A stretch of DNA of 38,913 nt from a virus. Taxonomy: Duplodnaviria > Caudoviricetes. The position numbers and the translations under genes are program-made. This document shows positions 27,390-35,979 of the stretch, one piece after another. The notes beneath the pieces were generated by a model. That model was not told where the DNA came from, searched no databases, and saw nothing but the letters and a program-made list of their open reading frames with translations. Location of the stretch: IMG/VR virus record IMGVR_UViG_3300031669_000100. The stretch is one strand, 5' to 3'. How positions within the stretch are numbered: position 1 is the stretch's first letter; every line of letters starts with the position of its first letter.

Positions 27390-28545
27390 TAATGCCATCG
27401 AACGCGGTGTGCATTTGTGCTACCTTCTTCTCCTCCGAAATGTGCACGTAAATCATTGTATCGGCAATGGATGCGTGGCCAAGCAAGCGCTGCAGCGTAG
27501 CCACATCGTTTGTTTTTGATAGAAAGTAGGTTGCAAAGGTATGCCTTGCGCTGTGGAAGCTGAGCGCTTTATCGATACCGCACATATCGGCAATATCCTT
27601 TAAATATTCGTTTGTTTTTTGGTCGGAGTAAGTTTCGAATACCGATCCCCTAACCCGATGTGGAGCCACCTTCTTTATGAGCATACGAATAGGATCCGTA
27701 AGCGGGATAGTTACAATGTTAGAGTTCACATTTTTTGTTTTAACAGGTCGCAGTACTATAAACTCCCCCACAACATTCTCCAGGCAAAAGGCATTTACGT
27801 CGCTCAAGCGGAACCCCGTGAAGCACGAGAACAGAAAATAGCCAAGCACCTTATGCAGATTTGGCTTCAACCACTCCTTATTATACTTGTCGATAAGATT
27901 CAATAGCTCCTCCTCCGTTAACCAAAGCCGCTCAGCCTTATGCCGGTGCAGCTTTACCACGTCGAAGGGGTTGTGCTCCATCAACTTTTTTCGGATAGCC
28001 TTGGAAATGTAGGTTTTTAGGGTAACCATATTCTTATGAATGGTATTCCCCCCATTCTTTATTTTTTTGAGCCCTTTCTGCATGTCGTTTATAACATCCT
28101 CGGTAATATCCTTGGGCTGAAGGTTCGGCACCAGCTCGCGCAGCTTATTTACGGTAGACATTTGGCCGCGAAAAGTATTCTCCGAAATATTTCCCCTACG
28201 GCTCTTGATCTCCCGCTCCATAAAATCCCAAAAATCGACATAAATGGTAGGGTTGGTGTATTCCTTAAAGAATTCTTCCTTCGTAATTGTTTTTTGCTGC
28301 AGGCGAAAGCGCACAAAAACGTTGTTTATTGCATCTACCTGCTTACTTATAATTAGATTTTGGTCGCGCGATTGCTTGGAATTACCCCTCACCCGCTGCT
28401 TTTCCTTATCCCACTCTTCGGGCTTAACATAGATATCCATTGGTATTTTTACCGACTGTCTTTGTATGTAGAACTTGGCATACAGCGAGTTAGTTCCATC
28501 CTTTCGGGTGTAATCCTCACGAATATAAACAGTTACGTTCGCCAT
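27373..28545 (-). CDS. int: Tyrosine integrase (Bacteroidota type: arm-binding, SAM-like and catalytic domains)
   Basis: CFTGFRLSD (R), KTK (K), FHSARHTFAT (HxxR), LLGH, TMIY (Y). Confidence 0.96.
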   Translation of the reverse strand: MANVTVYIREDYTRKDGTNSLYAKFYIQRQSVKIPMDIYVKPEEWDKEKQRVRGNSKQSRDQNLIISKQVDAINNVFVRFRLQQKTITKEEFFKEYTNPTIYVDFWDFMEREIKSRRGNISENTFRGQMSTVNKLRELVPNLQPKDITEDVINDMQKGLKKIKNGGNTIHKNMVTLKTYISKAIRKKLMEHNPFDVVKLHRHKAERLWLTEEELLNLIDKYNKEWLKPNLHKVLGYFLFSCFTGFRLSDVNAFCLENVVGEFIVLRPVKTKNVNSNIVTIPLTDPIRMLIKKVAPHRVRGSVFETYSDQKTNEYLKDIADMCGIDKALSFHSARHTFATYFLSKTNDVATLQRLLGHASIADTMIYVHISEEKKVAQMHTAFDGITIRNA

Positions 28546-28563
28546 TTTTTTGCGGGTTGTTTC

Positions 28564-28771
28564 TGGGACTACAATTTGCTAAAACATCAGTAAACAGGGC
28601 AATCTAAAAATCAATCAACTGCTTGAGTTCATTACAAAAACCCAAAGCCGGAAAGAGTTATCTTTCCGGCTTGTGGTGCCACGTGCAGTCGAATGTGTTT
28701 TGTGAAAGGCCAACATTTAAAGGGGTTTAAATGGTGTTGGTGATAAAATTGGGACGTTTTTGGGACTACAA
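28564..28771. other. attP: tRNA 3'-end-like core (28674-28693, - strand) flanked by arm-type repeats TGGGACTACAA
   Basis: - strand reads TTCGACTGCACGTGGCACCA; 11-bp direct repeats at 28564-28574 and 28761-28771, partial copy at 28750-28755. Confidence 0.75.
28635..28672 (-). terminator. Intrinsic terminator downstream of the tRNA-like core
   Basis: 12-bp perfect stem AAGCCGGAAAGA/TCTTTCCGGCTT with 4-nt loop; TGGGTTTTTG tail on -. Confidence 0.8.
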
Positions 28772-29131
28772 CTATTTCTTCTCGGCTCGGTAAATGTAGG
28801 TAGAGATGGCCTCCTTTACCGTTTTTAGCATGGTAAGGAGCTCGGCATCGTTGGGGCCCGTTAGTTCATAAACTTCGCTTGGCTCGGCTACCAGGCCTTG
28901 TGTATCTTTTTGGATAACCATCTCTCCAACTCCAAGCATTAACCACTGCGGACTTATTTGCGGATACCTGGTTAAAATACTATGCAGCACGCTATAGTTA
29001 GGCTGCTGACTGCCATCGTTGTATCGGTATAGCTGATTGCGTAGAACACCTATCGACTTCGAAAAGTCGGAGGCAGTTAATCCACTCCATTTTTGTATTA
29101 GCGTAATGCGCTGACCTAGTGAATTATACAT
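28772..29131 (-). CDS. CI-like repressor (XRE HTH), no S24 peptidase domain
   Basis: LTASDFSKSIGV..QLYRYNDGSQQP; YPQISPQWLMLGVGEM; divergent from the cro-like gene. Confidence 0.85.
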   Translation of the reverse strand: MYNSLGQRITLIQKWSGLTASDFSKSIGVLRNQLYRYNDGSQQPNYSVLHSILTRYPQISPQWLMLGVGEMVIQKDTQGLVAEPSEVYELTGPNDAELLTMLKTVKEAISTYIYRAEKK

Positions 29132-29158
29132 TTTAAATGTATTTTTTTCGTCAATTAA

Positions 29159-29246
29159 TTATCTTTTTAGATACACATTAGTATCTTTTAACATACATTT
29201 GTGACACAATACAAACACAAATGTAAATCATTTGACAACAAAAGTA
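29159..29246. promoter_or_regulatory. Lysis-lysogeny switch: two operators (GTATCT-N4-AGATAC consensus) and face-to-face -7 boxes
   Basis: TTATCT-TTTT-AGATAC 29159-29174; GTATCT-TTTA-ACATAC 29181-29196; TACATTTG on + at 29194-29201; TACATTTG on - at 29218-29225; TACTTTTG on - at 29239-29246. Confidence 0.75.
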
Positions 29247-29258
29247 AATACCAAAAAA

Positions 29259-29471
29259 ATGGGAGACATGAACTTGGACACTATTAGGCAGCATCTCACC
29301 TGGGGCGATAGGGTTGAAATAGCAAAAACGCTCAAGGTTACTAAGCAGTATGTTAACGCAGTGCTTAGGGGAAAACGTTACTCTATTGCAGTTCTAGAGG
29401 AGGCCGTTAAGATTGCACAGAAAAATAAGGAGCGAAAGGAAGAGCTGAACGCTAAAATACAATCGCTATGA
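29259..29471 (+). CDS. Cro-like HTH protein; start probably ATG 29259 or 29268
   Basis: GDRVEIAKTLKVTKQYVNAVLRGKR helix-turn-helix. Confidence 0.8.
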   Translation: MGDMNLDTIRQHLTWGDRVEIAKTLKVTKQYVNAVLRGKRYSIAVLEEAVKIAQKNKERKEELNAKIQSL

Positions 29472-30025
29472 ACCTACCGGCCGGATTGTGCGATAATAAC
29501 CTAGAGGTTTTTATGCACGAGGGTATTTTAAAAGCATCGTTCGATGGCAAAATTCAACTTTTCGACGATTTGCCCGAGGATATTAAGACCATCTTTTTAG
29601 ACTATATGCTCGAAAACCCAACTGCCATTAAGAGCATGCACTCCATGGGAAAATCGGACATTAACGAAATGCTGATTCAGTATGTTTCCTGCCGATTTGG
29701 TGGCTTCGACAATAATCCCGACTTAAACCCCGAAACCCAAAAACTTCTTCCTGAATATTGGGATTGCGGCCACCGAAACGCCTGCCCATTTGAGGGTAAG
29801 ATTTGCGAAATGGTGAAGGTTGGTGATACCTACCTTACCAAAAGGGAGATTATGGTGATACAGGAAATTGCGCTGGGATTTCCCGATAAAAACGCTGCCG
29901 ACAAGCTCCATATTTCCGAGTTAACCTTCGTGGTTCACAAGCGAAATATCTATGCCAAAATGGGCATAAACTCCAAAACGGAGCTCGTAACCTTTGCCAT
30001 TAAGAACAACATCGTTTCACTTTAA
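29468..30025 (+). CDS. LuxR-type C-terminal HTH regulator with a Cys cluster
   Basis: CGHRNACPFEGKIC then LTKRE..IALGFPDKNAADKLHIS..HKRNIYAKMGINSKTELV. Confidence 0.85.
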   Translation: MNLPAGLCDNNLEVFMHEGILKASFDGKIQLFDDLPEDIKTIFLDYMLENPTAIKSMHSMGKSDINEMLIQYVSCRFGGFDNNPDLNPETQKLLPEYWDCGHRNACPFEGKICEMVKVGDTYLTKREIMVIQEIALGFPDKNAADKLHISELTFVVHKRNIYAKMGINSKTELVTFAIKNNIVSL

Positions 30026-30036
30026 ACCTTAACTAT

Positions 30037-30510
30037 ATGACCGTTTACATTGCTGGTCCCATGACAGGGATCGAACAGGGCAACCTACCCGCTTTTTTAA
30101 AAGCAAAAGCCTTTTTTGAAGGTAAAGGGTTCGACGTTATTATTCCCCACTATATTGCCAAGGAGAAGCCATTCCTTGACTATGGCGCACTCCTCGCCCA
30201 CGATATTTTTACCATTGGCACCCGATGCCACATTGTAGCCATGCTCGAAGGATACAGGGATAGCAAGGGCGCTATGGCCGAATATGTTTTTTGCAGAGCC
30301 GCCAATAAGCTCATTCTCCACGCCGAAAACGGAGCACCCATACAGCCCGAATATATGGTTAGCGGCAAAATTGAGTCCGGAGACGATGATTCAATGGACA
30401 GCATTGTTGAACAGTGCCAAATTAGGCGACATGGAATTTACCCAACAATACGCGAGAAACTTTCTGTTGAAGGTGATTGCGCAGCGGGAGATTATACTCC
30501 GCAACAATAG
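30037..30510 (+). CDS. DUF4406 / nucleoside 2-deoxyribosyltransferase-like protein
   Basis: VYIAGPMTG..N..AF and MLEGYRDSKGAMAE motifs. Confidence 0.85.
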   Translation: MTVYIAGPMTGIEQGNLPAFLKAKAFFEGKGFDVIIPHYIAKEKPFLDYGALLAHDIFTIGTRCHIVAMLEGYRDSKGAMAEYVFCRAANKLILHAENGAPIQPEYMVSGKIESGDDDSMDSIVEQCQIRRHGIYPTIREKLSVEGDCAAGDYTPQQ

Positions 30511-30763
30511 AAGCAGGCGCAACAGCCTGGCAATGGCCAACACTACGGAAGCCGTTAAGCGGTTGCTGCTGGCCTACCCCTACAATTCGGAGATTAAAAT
30601 TGCCGGATTCATACTACGCCACCGGAGCGAGCTGCTTGCAATTGCTCCAGGTGAAGGAGCCTCCAACCACGAGGCGGTTTACGAAAAGCTACACGAACTA
30701 ATTAAACAAGCAGAGCAATGCCTTACTATAGAATTGAGCACCCAACAGGAACTTCCTTTGTAA
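30386..30763 (+). CDS. Hypothetical protein; probable start ATG 30386 or later, overlapping the DUF4406 tail
   Basis: ORF 30284..30763 trimmed to an internal ATG; fills 30510-30718. Confidence 0.55.
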   Translation: MIQWTALLNSAKLGDMEFTQQYARNFLLKVIAQREIILRNNRSRRNSLAMANTTEAVKRLLLAYPYNSEIKIAGFILRHRSELLAIAPGEGASNHEAVYEKLHELIKQAEQCLTIELSTQQELPL

Positions 30764-30939
30764 GCACCGGCGAAAGCACCTCCCTTGAGGTTAAGCGGGT
30801 AAACGAAACGGTTTCTATAGCCCACAATCCATATCCTTTTACCCACAAGCCAGAAGGCTGCGATCTTATGCTGATAGATGAACGCGAGTTTGTTCACCAA
30901 TTCGACTCGGCACTATATGATATTACACACAGAAAATAA
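30718..30939 (+). CDS. Hypothetical protein
   Basis: ORF track; operon-like packing. Confidence 0.6.
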   Translation: MPYYRIEHPTGTSFVSTGESTSLEVKRVNETVSIAHNPYPFTHKPEGCDLMLIDEREFVHQFDSALYDITHRK

Positions 30940-30945
30940 ACTACC

Positions 30946-31236
30946 ATGAAAATTCCACAAACTAGGGTTATCGTTCAGGGAGTTGAGCGACCCAACGCGG
31001 CAAAAAATCTATTCAAAATATTGGTTATTGAGCCCGGTTACGTTGACCGATTCGACTCCAACAAAAACACAAAGGATAAAAACTTCACGCTGCTATGGTT
31101 CCACGAGCACTGCGACCTTAAAAAGGGAGATAAGATTGAGGCTACCATTTTTGTGAACTCCAACGAGTGGATTGCTGATAATGGGAAAACGGAATACTCA
31201 CCTTACCTGGTGCTCAACCAATTTAAGCCCTTTTAG
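30946..31236 (+). CDS. OB-fold ssDNA-binding-like protein (DUF3127-like)
   Basis: LKKGDKIEATIFVNSNEW..YSPYL pattern; precedes the primase. Confidence 0.6.
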   Translation: MKIPQTRVIVQGVERPNAAKNLFKILVIEPGYVDRFDSNKNTKDKNFTLLWFHEHCDLKKGDKIEATIFVNSNEWIADNGKTEYSPYLVLNQFKPF

Positions 31237-31238
31237 CC

Positions 31239-31406
31239 ATGCCAGCAAAAGATAGCGTTCACATTGGCAATGCCATGGAGAAGGCCCGACGAACGAAACC
31301 CATCGCAACCGGCATTGAGGGCCTTGCCGGGATGGAGCGCCGAATAATCGATAGCAAAACTATCATCTTCATTAACCCTAACAAGGGAAACCTGAAAAAA
31401 CGGTAA
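31239..31406 (+). CDS. 55-aa hypothetical protein (not in the ORF track)
   Basis: MPAKDSVHIGNAMEK...NLKKR*; TAGCCATG junction upstream, stop 1 nt before the primase ATG. Confidence 0.6.
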   Translation: MPAKDSVHIGNAMEKARRTKPIATGIEGLAGMERRIIDSKTIIFINPNKGNLKKR

Positions 31407-31407
31407 A

Positions 31408-34400
31408 ATGATTCCACAAGATATTATTGATAAAATCAACGATCTTCACATTGAAGAGGTAGTGCAAAAGTGGGGCGTTACGCTCAAGAAGAAGGGTGCT
31501 AGCCTGGAGGCATGCTGCCCTATTCACGGCGAAAAAACGCCCAGCTTTAAGGTCCACGTTGGCAAAAACATATTCAAGTGCTTTGGATGCCAGGCAGGCG
31601 GAGGACCAGTGTCGTTTGTAATGCAGGTAGATAAGGTGGAGTGGATTGAGGCCATTAAGCGTATTGCCGATAAGTTTGGTATACCAATTCCCTTTACCGA
31701 CTCCTCGCCGGAGGAGATTAAGGAGCACGATAAGCGCGAATCGCTCATGGTGGCCAACGAGGTAGCCTTTCGCTACTTTCAGCAAGCCTACACCAACAGC
31801 GGCGAGGCCAAGGCTTACGCCACCGCTCGGTGGAGCGACGATAGCATTAAGCTCTTTGGCATCGGCTGGGCTCCCGACGATTGGAATGGGCTAAAGGATT
31901 GGGCTACCAAAAATGGCGTGAAGCTGGAGATACTAAAGGAGGCTGGATTGCTGGCCGAAAGTAAGGGCAAGCTATACGACTTCTTCCGCGGAAGGCTTAC
32001 CATTCCGGTTTACAACAAGTATGGACGCATTGTAGCATTTACCGGTAGGTTGCTGCAGGAGGTTGACGGTCAGCCCAAATACCTCAATACGCCCGAAACA
32101 ACCATCTACCAGAAAAAGAGCATCCTTTACGGCATATACCAGGCGCGTAGCGAAATTATGAAGGCAGAAACAGCCTTTCTGGTGGAAGGAAACCCCGACG
32201 TAATTCGCATGCACGAACTGAAGCAGGGCAACACTGTTTCGGCAATGGGAACCGGGTTCACGCTGGAGCACTGCAGCGAGCTAAAGCGGATGTGCAGCAC
32301 CGTTATAATGGTTTCCGAAACCGACAATGCCGGGTATAAGTCGGTAATGCGAAACGGCAACATGCTCATAAAGGAGGGCTTTGATGTGTTTGTGCTCGAC
32401 CTTCCAGAGGAGTTTAACACCGATGGTTCGCGCGTAAAGCACGATGCCGACTCCTTCTTTAAAACCACCAAGCAGCTGCAGGAATACCGGAAGGAGCACA
32501 CCTACGACTTTATTATGTGGATGGCCGAAAGGCTGCTGAATAACGTTTCGGTAGAAAAAAAGCAATCGGCCATTGACGATCTTTGCCACCTTATTGCCAG
32601 CACCGGGAGCTCCTCCAAAATTGAGTACTACATCCACAACCTTTCGCAGGTATTTAAGCCAAAGAAGATGTGGCGCGATCGCGTTAAGGCCATTCTGGCC
32701 GAAACCGAGCCAAAGGAGGAGAGCAAGCTACCCAAAAATGTGAACTCAAAGGAGTTCGAAAAGTATGGCTTCTACGCCGATCACAACTGCCTACACTTCT
32801 CCGGCAAGTTTGGGATCCAGCGCGCCTCCAACTTTGTTATTGAACCATTATTCCATGTTTCAAGCATAAATGCCAAAAGACTGTTTAAAATTCGCAATGA
32901 GTTTGGAGCAGAAGAAATGGTGGAATTTAAGCAGGAGGAGCTTATTGCCCTTGCTAAATTTAGGCTCAAAGTGGAGGGCCTTGGCAACTACATTTGGGAA
33001 GGTGGAGAAAGTGAATTAATGAAGTATAAAAGGTTTCTATACGAGAAAACGGATACCTGCTACGAAATTGTGCAGCTGGGGTGGCATAAAGATGGCTTTT
33101 GGGCGTGGGGCAACGGTGCCTTTACCGATGCGTTTGTAAAGGTTTCGCCGCTTGGCATATTTACCGTTAAGGGTAAGAACTACTACCTTCCTGCCACCTC
33201 CAACATTTTCGACCATGAAGATCAACTATTTCAGTTTGAGCGAAAGTTTGTGCATGTCGATACGGGAACCATCTCTTTTCCAGATTATGCTAGACAACTC
33301 ATTAAAGTTTTTGGTGATAATGCAAAAATTGGTATTTGCTTCTATCTCTCCACTCTTTTCAGAGATCTGATTTTTAACGCTGTAAAGTTTTTTCCAATAC
33401 TTAATATCTTCGGACCGAAAGGAACCGGTAAAAGTGCAATGGCAAAGAGTTTGATGGCATTTTTTGTAGTCAAAAATAATGCTCCAAACATCAACAACGC
33501 TACCATTCCTGCGCTGGCCGATGTGGTTAGTCAAGCACGAAATGCTTGCTGCCACCTAGATGAATATAAAAACTCATCGGATATTGATAAAATTGAATTT
33601 CTAAAAGGTCTTTGGGATGGTTCTGGCCGTACTCGGATGAATATGGACCGAGATAAGAAGCGCGAAACAACCAGCGTGGATGCGGGAGTAATACTTACTG
33701 GTCAAGAAATGCCAACTGCCGACAATGCGCTATTTTCAAGGTTGATATTTATAACGTTTACCCAAACAACCTATACGGTATCGGAGGCTAATGAGTTCGA
33801 TAAATTAATGGCCATCGATCAAAAAGGGTTAAGCCATATAACAAACTCTATTTTAACTCACCGAAGCAAAATAATAGAAGGATATATGTATTCATGGGAG
33901 TATGTTAATTCTGAAATAAATAAGATTATTGCCGGAGTTAAAGTAGAGGAACGTGTTTTTAAAAACTGGACTGTTATTGCAGCTACCTACCACTGCTTAG
34001 AAAGTTATATTTCTCTTCCTTTTTCATCAAAGGAAATAATAAAACTTTCGGCAGAATATCTAATGCGCCAGAGTGTAGAGACCGTAAGAAGCAATGAGTT
34101 ATCAACGTTCTGGAATATTGTAGCCTATTTAGTTCAGGATGGTCAAATTTTCAATGAGGCCGATTTTAGAATAGAACATCTCAGCATTTTAAAAACTGAC
34201 AAAATAGATGTTGAATGGAGTACTCCAAAAACCGTTCTATTTATAAATCACACCAGAATTTTTCAACTCTATCGCAAAAATGGTAAAATATCGAGCGATA
34301 AAATACTCCCAATTAACACCCTTCAGTATTACTTACAAAACAGTAAAGAATATTTGGGTCTTAAAAAGAGTATGGCGTTTAAAGTAATGGACCAGCAAAC

Positions 34401-34620
34401 TCGTGGTTTCTCTGAGGAAACGGTAACAGGAGATTGGGGCGAAACAAGAAAGGCCAAGCGATTAAACATTACTACGGCCTATGCTTTCGATTATGAAGCA
34501 ATTGGAATTAATATCAACTACATTTTGGAATCGGAGAATAAAAAAATAACTCCGGTAGAAGATGTTAAGGAAAATGAGTTAGCAAAAACAGAGTTGCAAC
34601 AAGGTGATTTTCCATTCTAG
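31408..34620 (+). CDS. DnaG-type primase (CHC2 zinc finger, TOPRIM) fused to a P-loop helicase
   Basis: CPIHGEKTPSF..FKCFGC; FRGRLTIP; PKYLNTPET; LVEGNPD; Walker A GPKGTGKS; Walker B CHLDEY. Confidence 0.93.
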   Translation: MIPQDIIDKINDLHIEEVVQKWGVTLKKKGASLEACCPIHGEKTPSFKVHVGKNIFKCFGCQAGGGPVSFVMQVDKVEWIEAIKRIADKFGIPIPFTDSSPEEIKEHDKRESLMVANEVAFRYFQQAYTNSGEAKAYATARWSDDSIKLFGIGWAPDDWNGLKDWATKNGVKLEILKEAGLLAESKGKLYDFFRGRLTIPVYNKYGRIVAFTGRLLQEVDGQPKYLNTPETTIYQKKSILYGIYQARSEIMKAETAFLVEGNPDVIRMHELKQGNTVSAMGTGFTLEHCSELKRMCSTVIMVSETDNAGYKSVMRNGNMLIKEGFDVFVLDLPEEFNTDGSRVKHDADSFFKTTKQLQEYRKEHTYDFIMWMAERLLNNVSVEKKQSAIDDLCHLIASTGSSSKIEYYIHNLSQVFKPKKMWRDRVKAILAETEPKEESKLPKNVNSKEFEKYGFYADHNCLHFSGKFGIQRASNFVIEPLFHVSSINAKRLFKIRNEFGAEEMVEFKQEELIALAKFRLKVEGLGNYIWEGGESELMKYKRFLYEKTDTCYEIVQLGWHKDGFWAWGNGAFTDAFVKVSPLGIFTVKGKNYYLPATSNIFDHEDQLFQFERKFVHVDTGTISFPDYARQLIKVFGDNAKIGICFYLSTLFRDLIFNAVKFFPILNIFGPKGTGKSAMAKSLMAFFVVKNNAPNINNATIPALADVVSQARNACCHLDEYKNSSDIDKIEFLKGLWDGSGRTRMNMDRDKKRETTSVDAGVILTGQEMPTADNALFSRLIFITFTQTTYTVSEANEFDKLMAIDQKGLSHITNSILTHRSKIIEGYMYSWEYVNSEINKIIAGVKVEERVFKNWTVIAATYHCLESYISLPFSSKEIIKLSAEYLMRQSVETVRSNELSTFWNIVAYLVQDGQIFNEADFRIEHLSILKTDKIDVEWSTPKTVLFINHTRIFQLYRKNGKISSDKILPINTLQYYLQNSKEYLGLKKSMAFKVMDQQTRGFSEETVTGDWGETRKAKRLNITTAYAFDYEAIGININYILESENKKITPVEDVKENELAKTELQQGDFPF

Positions 34621-34655
34621 TTTTTTAAAAACGCTAGAATAGACAATAAAAAGTA

Positions 34656-34861
34656 AACTAACACAACTAACTGAACTAACTCTCTATTAATGTATATATT
34701 ATCTTCTTAAATGGTTTTAAAAAATAAACTAACTATAACTAACAAAAACTAACAAACTTTCATAATTTCAAAAAACACTGTATAAAAACTAAAAAAAGGT
34801 TAAAAATGAAGAAGTTAGTTTTGCTTAATTACTGGTTTATTGATACTTAGTTGTGTTAGTT
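34656..34861. repeat. AT-rich AACTAAC iteron cluster, candidate replication origin
   Basis: Six AACTAAC copies on + and further inverted copies; 15-bp perfect inverted repeat 34656-34670 / 34847-34861. Confidence 0.7.
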
Positions 34862-34917
34862 CATTTTTTTTACTTTTTAGTGTCTCTTTTAAGATTTTTA
34901 ATTTTTTCTTTAAAGCA

Positions 34918-35199
34918 ATGGAATACGCCGATAAAGTGCTTCAATACCTTACAAACACGGTTAAAGTGGGTGAACCAATAGCCGTTAACCTGCTATCGAA
35001 AAACCCCGAGCAGTTTGTGGCAACGGTAAAAATGCTCATGGATGGAGGTTTTCTTTCGATGCGGGAGTGGGAGTTTAGCAACGATTACACCCACATACGG
35101 AGGTTAAGGCTCCCCACCGATGGGTTTAAACCCGCAATAGGTAGCACCGATAGAGGCGCATTCTACACCCAAAGTAATTTAAACGAAAAGGAGGAATAG
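34918..35199 (+). CDS. Hypothetical protein; start reassigned to ATG 34918
   Basis: The track's upstream extension is the T-rich origin flank; PEQFVATVKML..EFSNDYTHIRR. Confidence 0.65.
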   Translation: MEYADKVLQYLTNTVKVGEPIAVNLLSKNPEQFVATVKMLMDGGFLSMREWEFSNDYTHIRRLRLPTDGFKPAIGSTDRGAFYTQSNLNEKEE

Positions 35200-35201
35200 C
35201 A

Positions 35202-35693
35202 ATGGAAACAATGAGATACGAAAGAGTAGCCAATGCAATTATTGCAGCATCGGGATTTACTCAGGAATCGTTGACCTATAAGAATAGGCGTAGGTTTCTG
35301 GTATTGACCAGGCAGGTAGTTTTTTACGCGCTTATAAATAATAAGCTATGCACCCTTACTGAGGCTGGAGAAATATTTGAGAAGGACCACGCTACCGTAT
35401 CGCATGGGAAAAAAACGATAGAACTATTGCTCGAGACAAAATATCCCGCTGAACTATACGAATATGCTACAACTCTAATAAACATAGCCAATGAAGTCAT
35501 TAACAGTAGTGTGCCCAAGGTGCAAGGGCAACGGAACCTTAGAGGTTTTTCAGCACAGCAGCCACCACGGCAGCACAACCACAACGGAACCATGCCCCCT
35601 ATGCGGAGGCGACCGGGTTATGCTGGAGCAAACGGTAACCCGCCTTATCCGATTAGCCGAATGCGCCTGCAGCAGCAAGGAATCACCCAATAA
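35202..35693 (+). CDS. DnaA C-terminal-like HTH protein
   Basis: RRRFLVLTRQVVFY..TLTEAGEIFEKDHATVSHG matches the DnaA domain IV signature. Confidence 0.8.
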   Translation: METMRYERVANAIIAASGFTQESLTYKNRRRFLVLTRQVVFYALINNKLCTLTEAGEIFEKDHATVSHGKKTIELLLETKYPAELYEYATTLINIANEVINSSVPKVQGQRNLRGFSAQQPPRQHNHNGTMPPMRRRPGYAGANGNPPYPISRMRLQQQGITQ

Positions 35694-35715
35694 TTTACTA
35701 GAGATAGAATCCTAA
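35491..35715 (+). CDS. Small DnaJ-type zinc-finger protein overlapping the previous ORF
   Basis: CPRCKGNG and CPLCGGDR motifs. Confidence 0.6.
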   Translation: MKSLTVVCPRCKGNGTLEVFQHSSHHGSTTTTEPCPLCGGDRVMLEQTVTRLIRLAECACSSKESPNNLLEIES

Positions 35716-35733
35716 CATTTAACACACACTACC

Positions 35734-35979
35734 ATGAACACAAATAAAAAATTAGCCAGGATTGAATCCGAAAGGCAATTCATGCTCAAAGAGCAGCGCA
35801 TTTCTAAAATGCTAAACCACACCAGCCCATACAACCACGTAAGCGCTGAGAACGACAAGCCGGAAGGTCCAATATTTATACTTCTGCTTGCTATAATTGG
35901 GCTTATTGGCGGCTTTGCGGCAGTTATTGTATTAGCCACGTTGGCTTTGGCATTAATGCATAGCTGGGGGTTGATGTAA
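35734..35979 (+). CDS. Small membrane protein
   Basis: C-terminal hydrophobic segment; TAATG overlap with the MTase. Confidence 0.65.
   Translation: MNTNKKLARIESERQFMLKEQRISKMLNHTSPYNHVSAENDKPEGPIFILLLAIIGLIGGFAAVIVLATLALALMHSWGLM

Noticed and set aside
28674-28693. Complete tRNA gene
   Set aside because: Only the T-loop and 3' acceptor strand are present; no D or anticodon arm upstream on the - strand. Treated as attP core
34656-34861. CRISPR array or mini-array
   Set aside because: Repeats are 7-15 bp, irregularly spaced and in both orientations
34840-34917. Hydrophobic signal-like N-terminus of ORF 34840
   Set aside because: Artefact of translating the T-rich origin flank from a TTG; ATG 34918 is the better start
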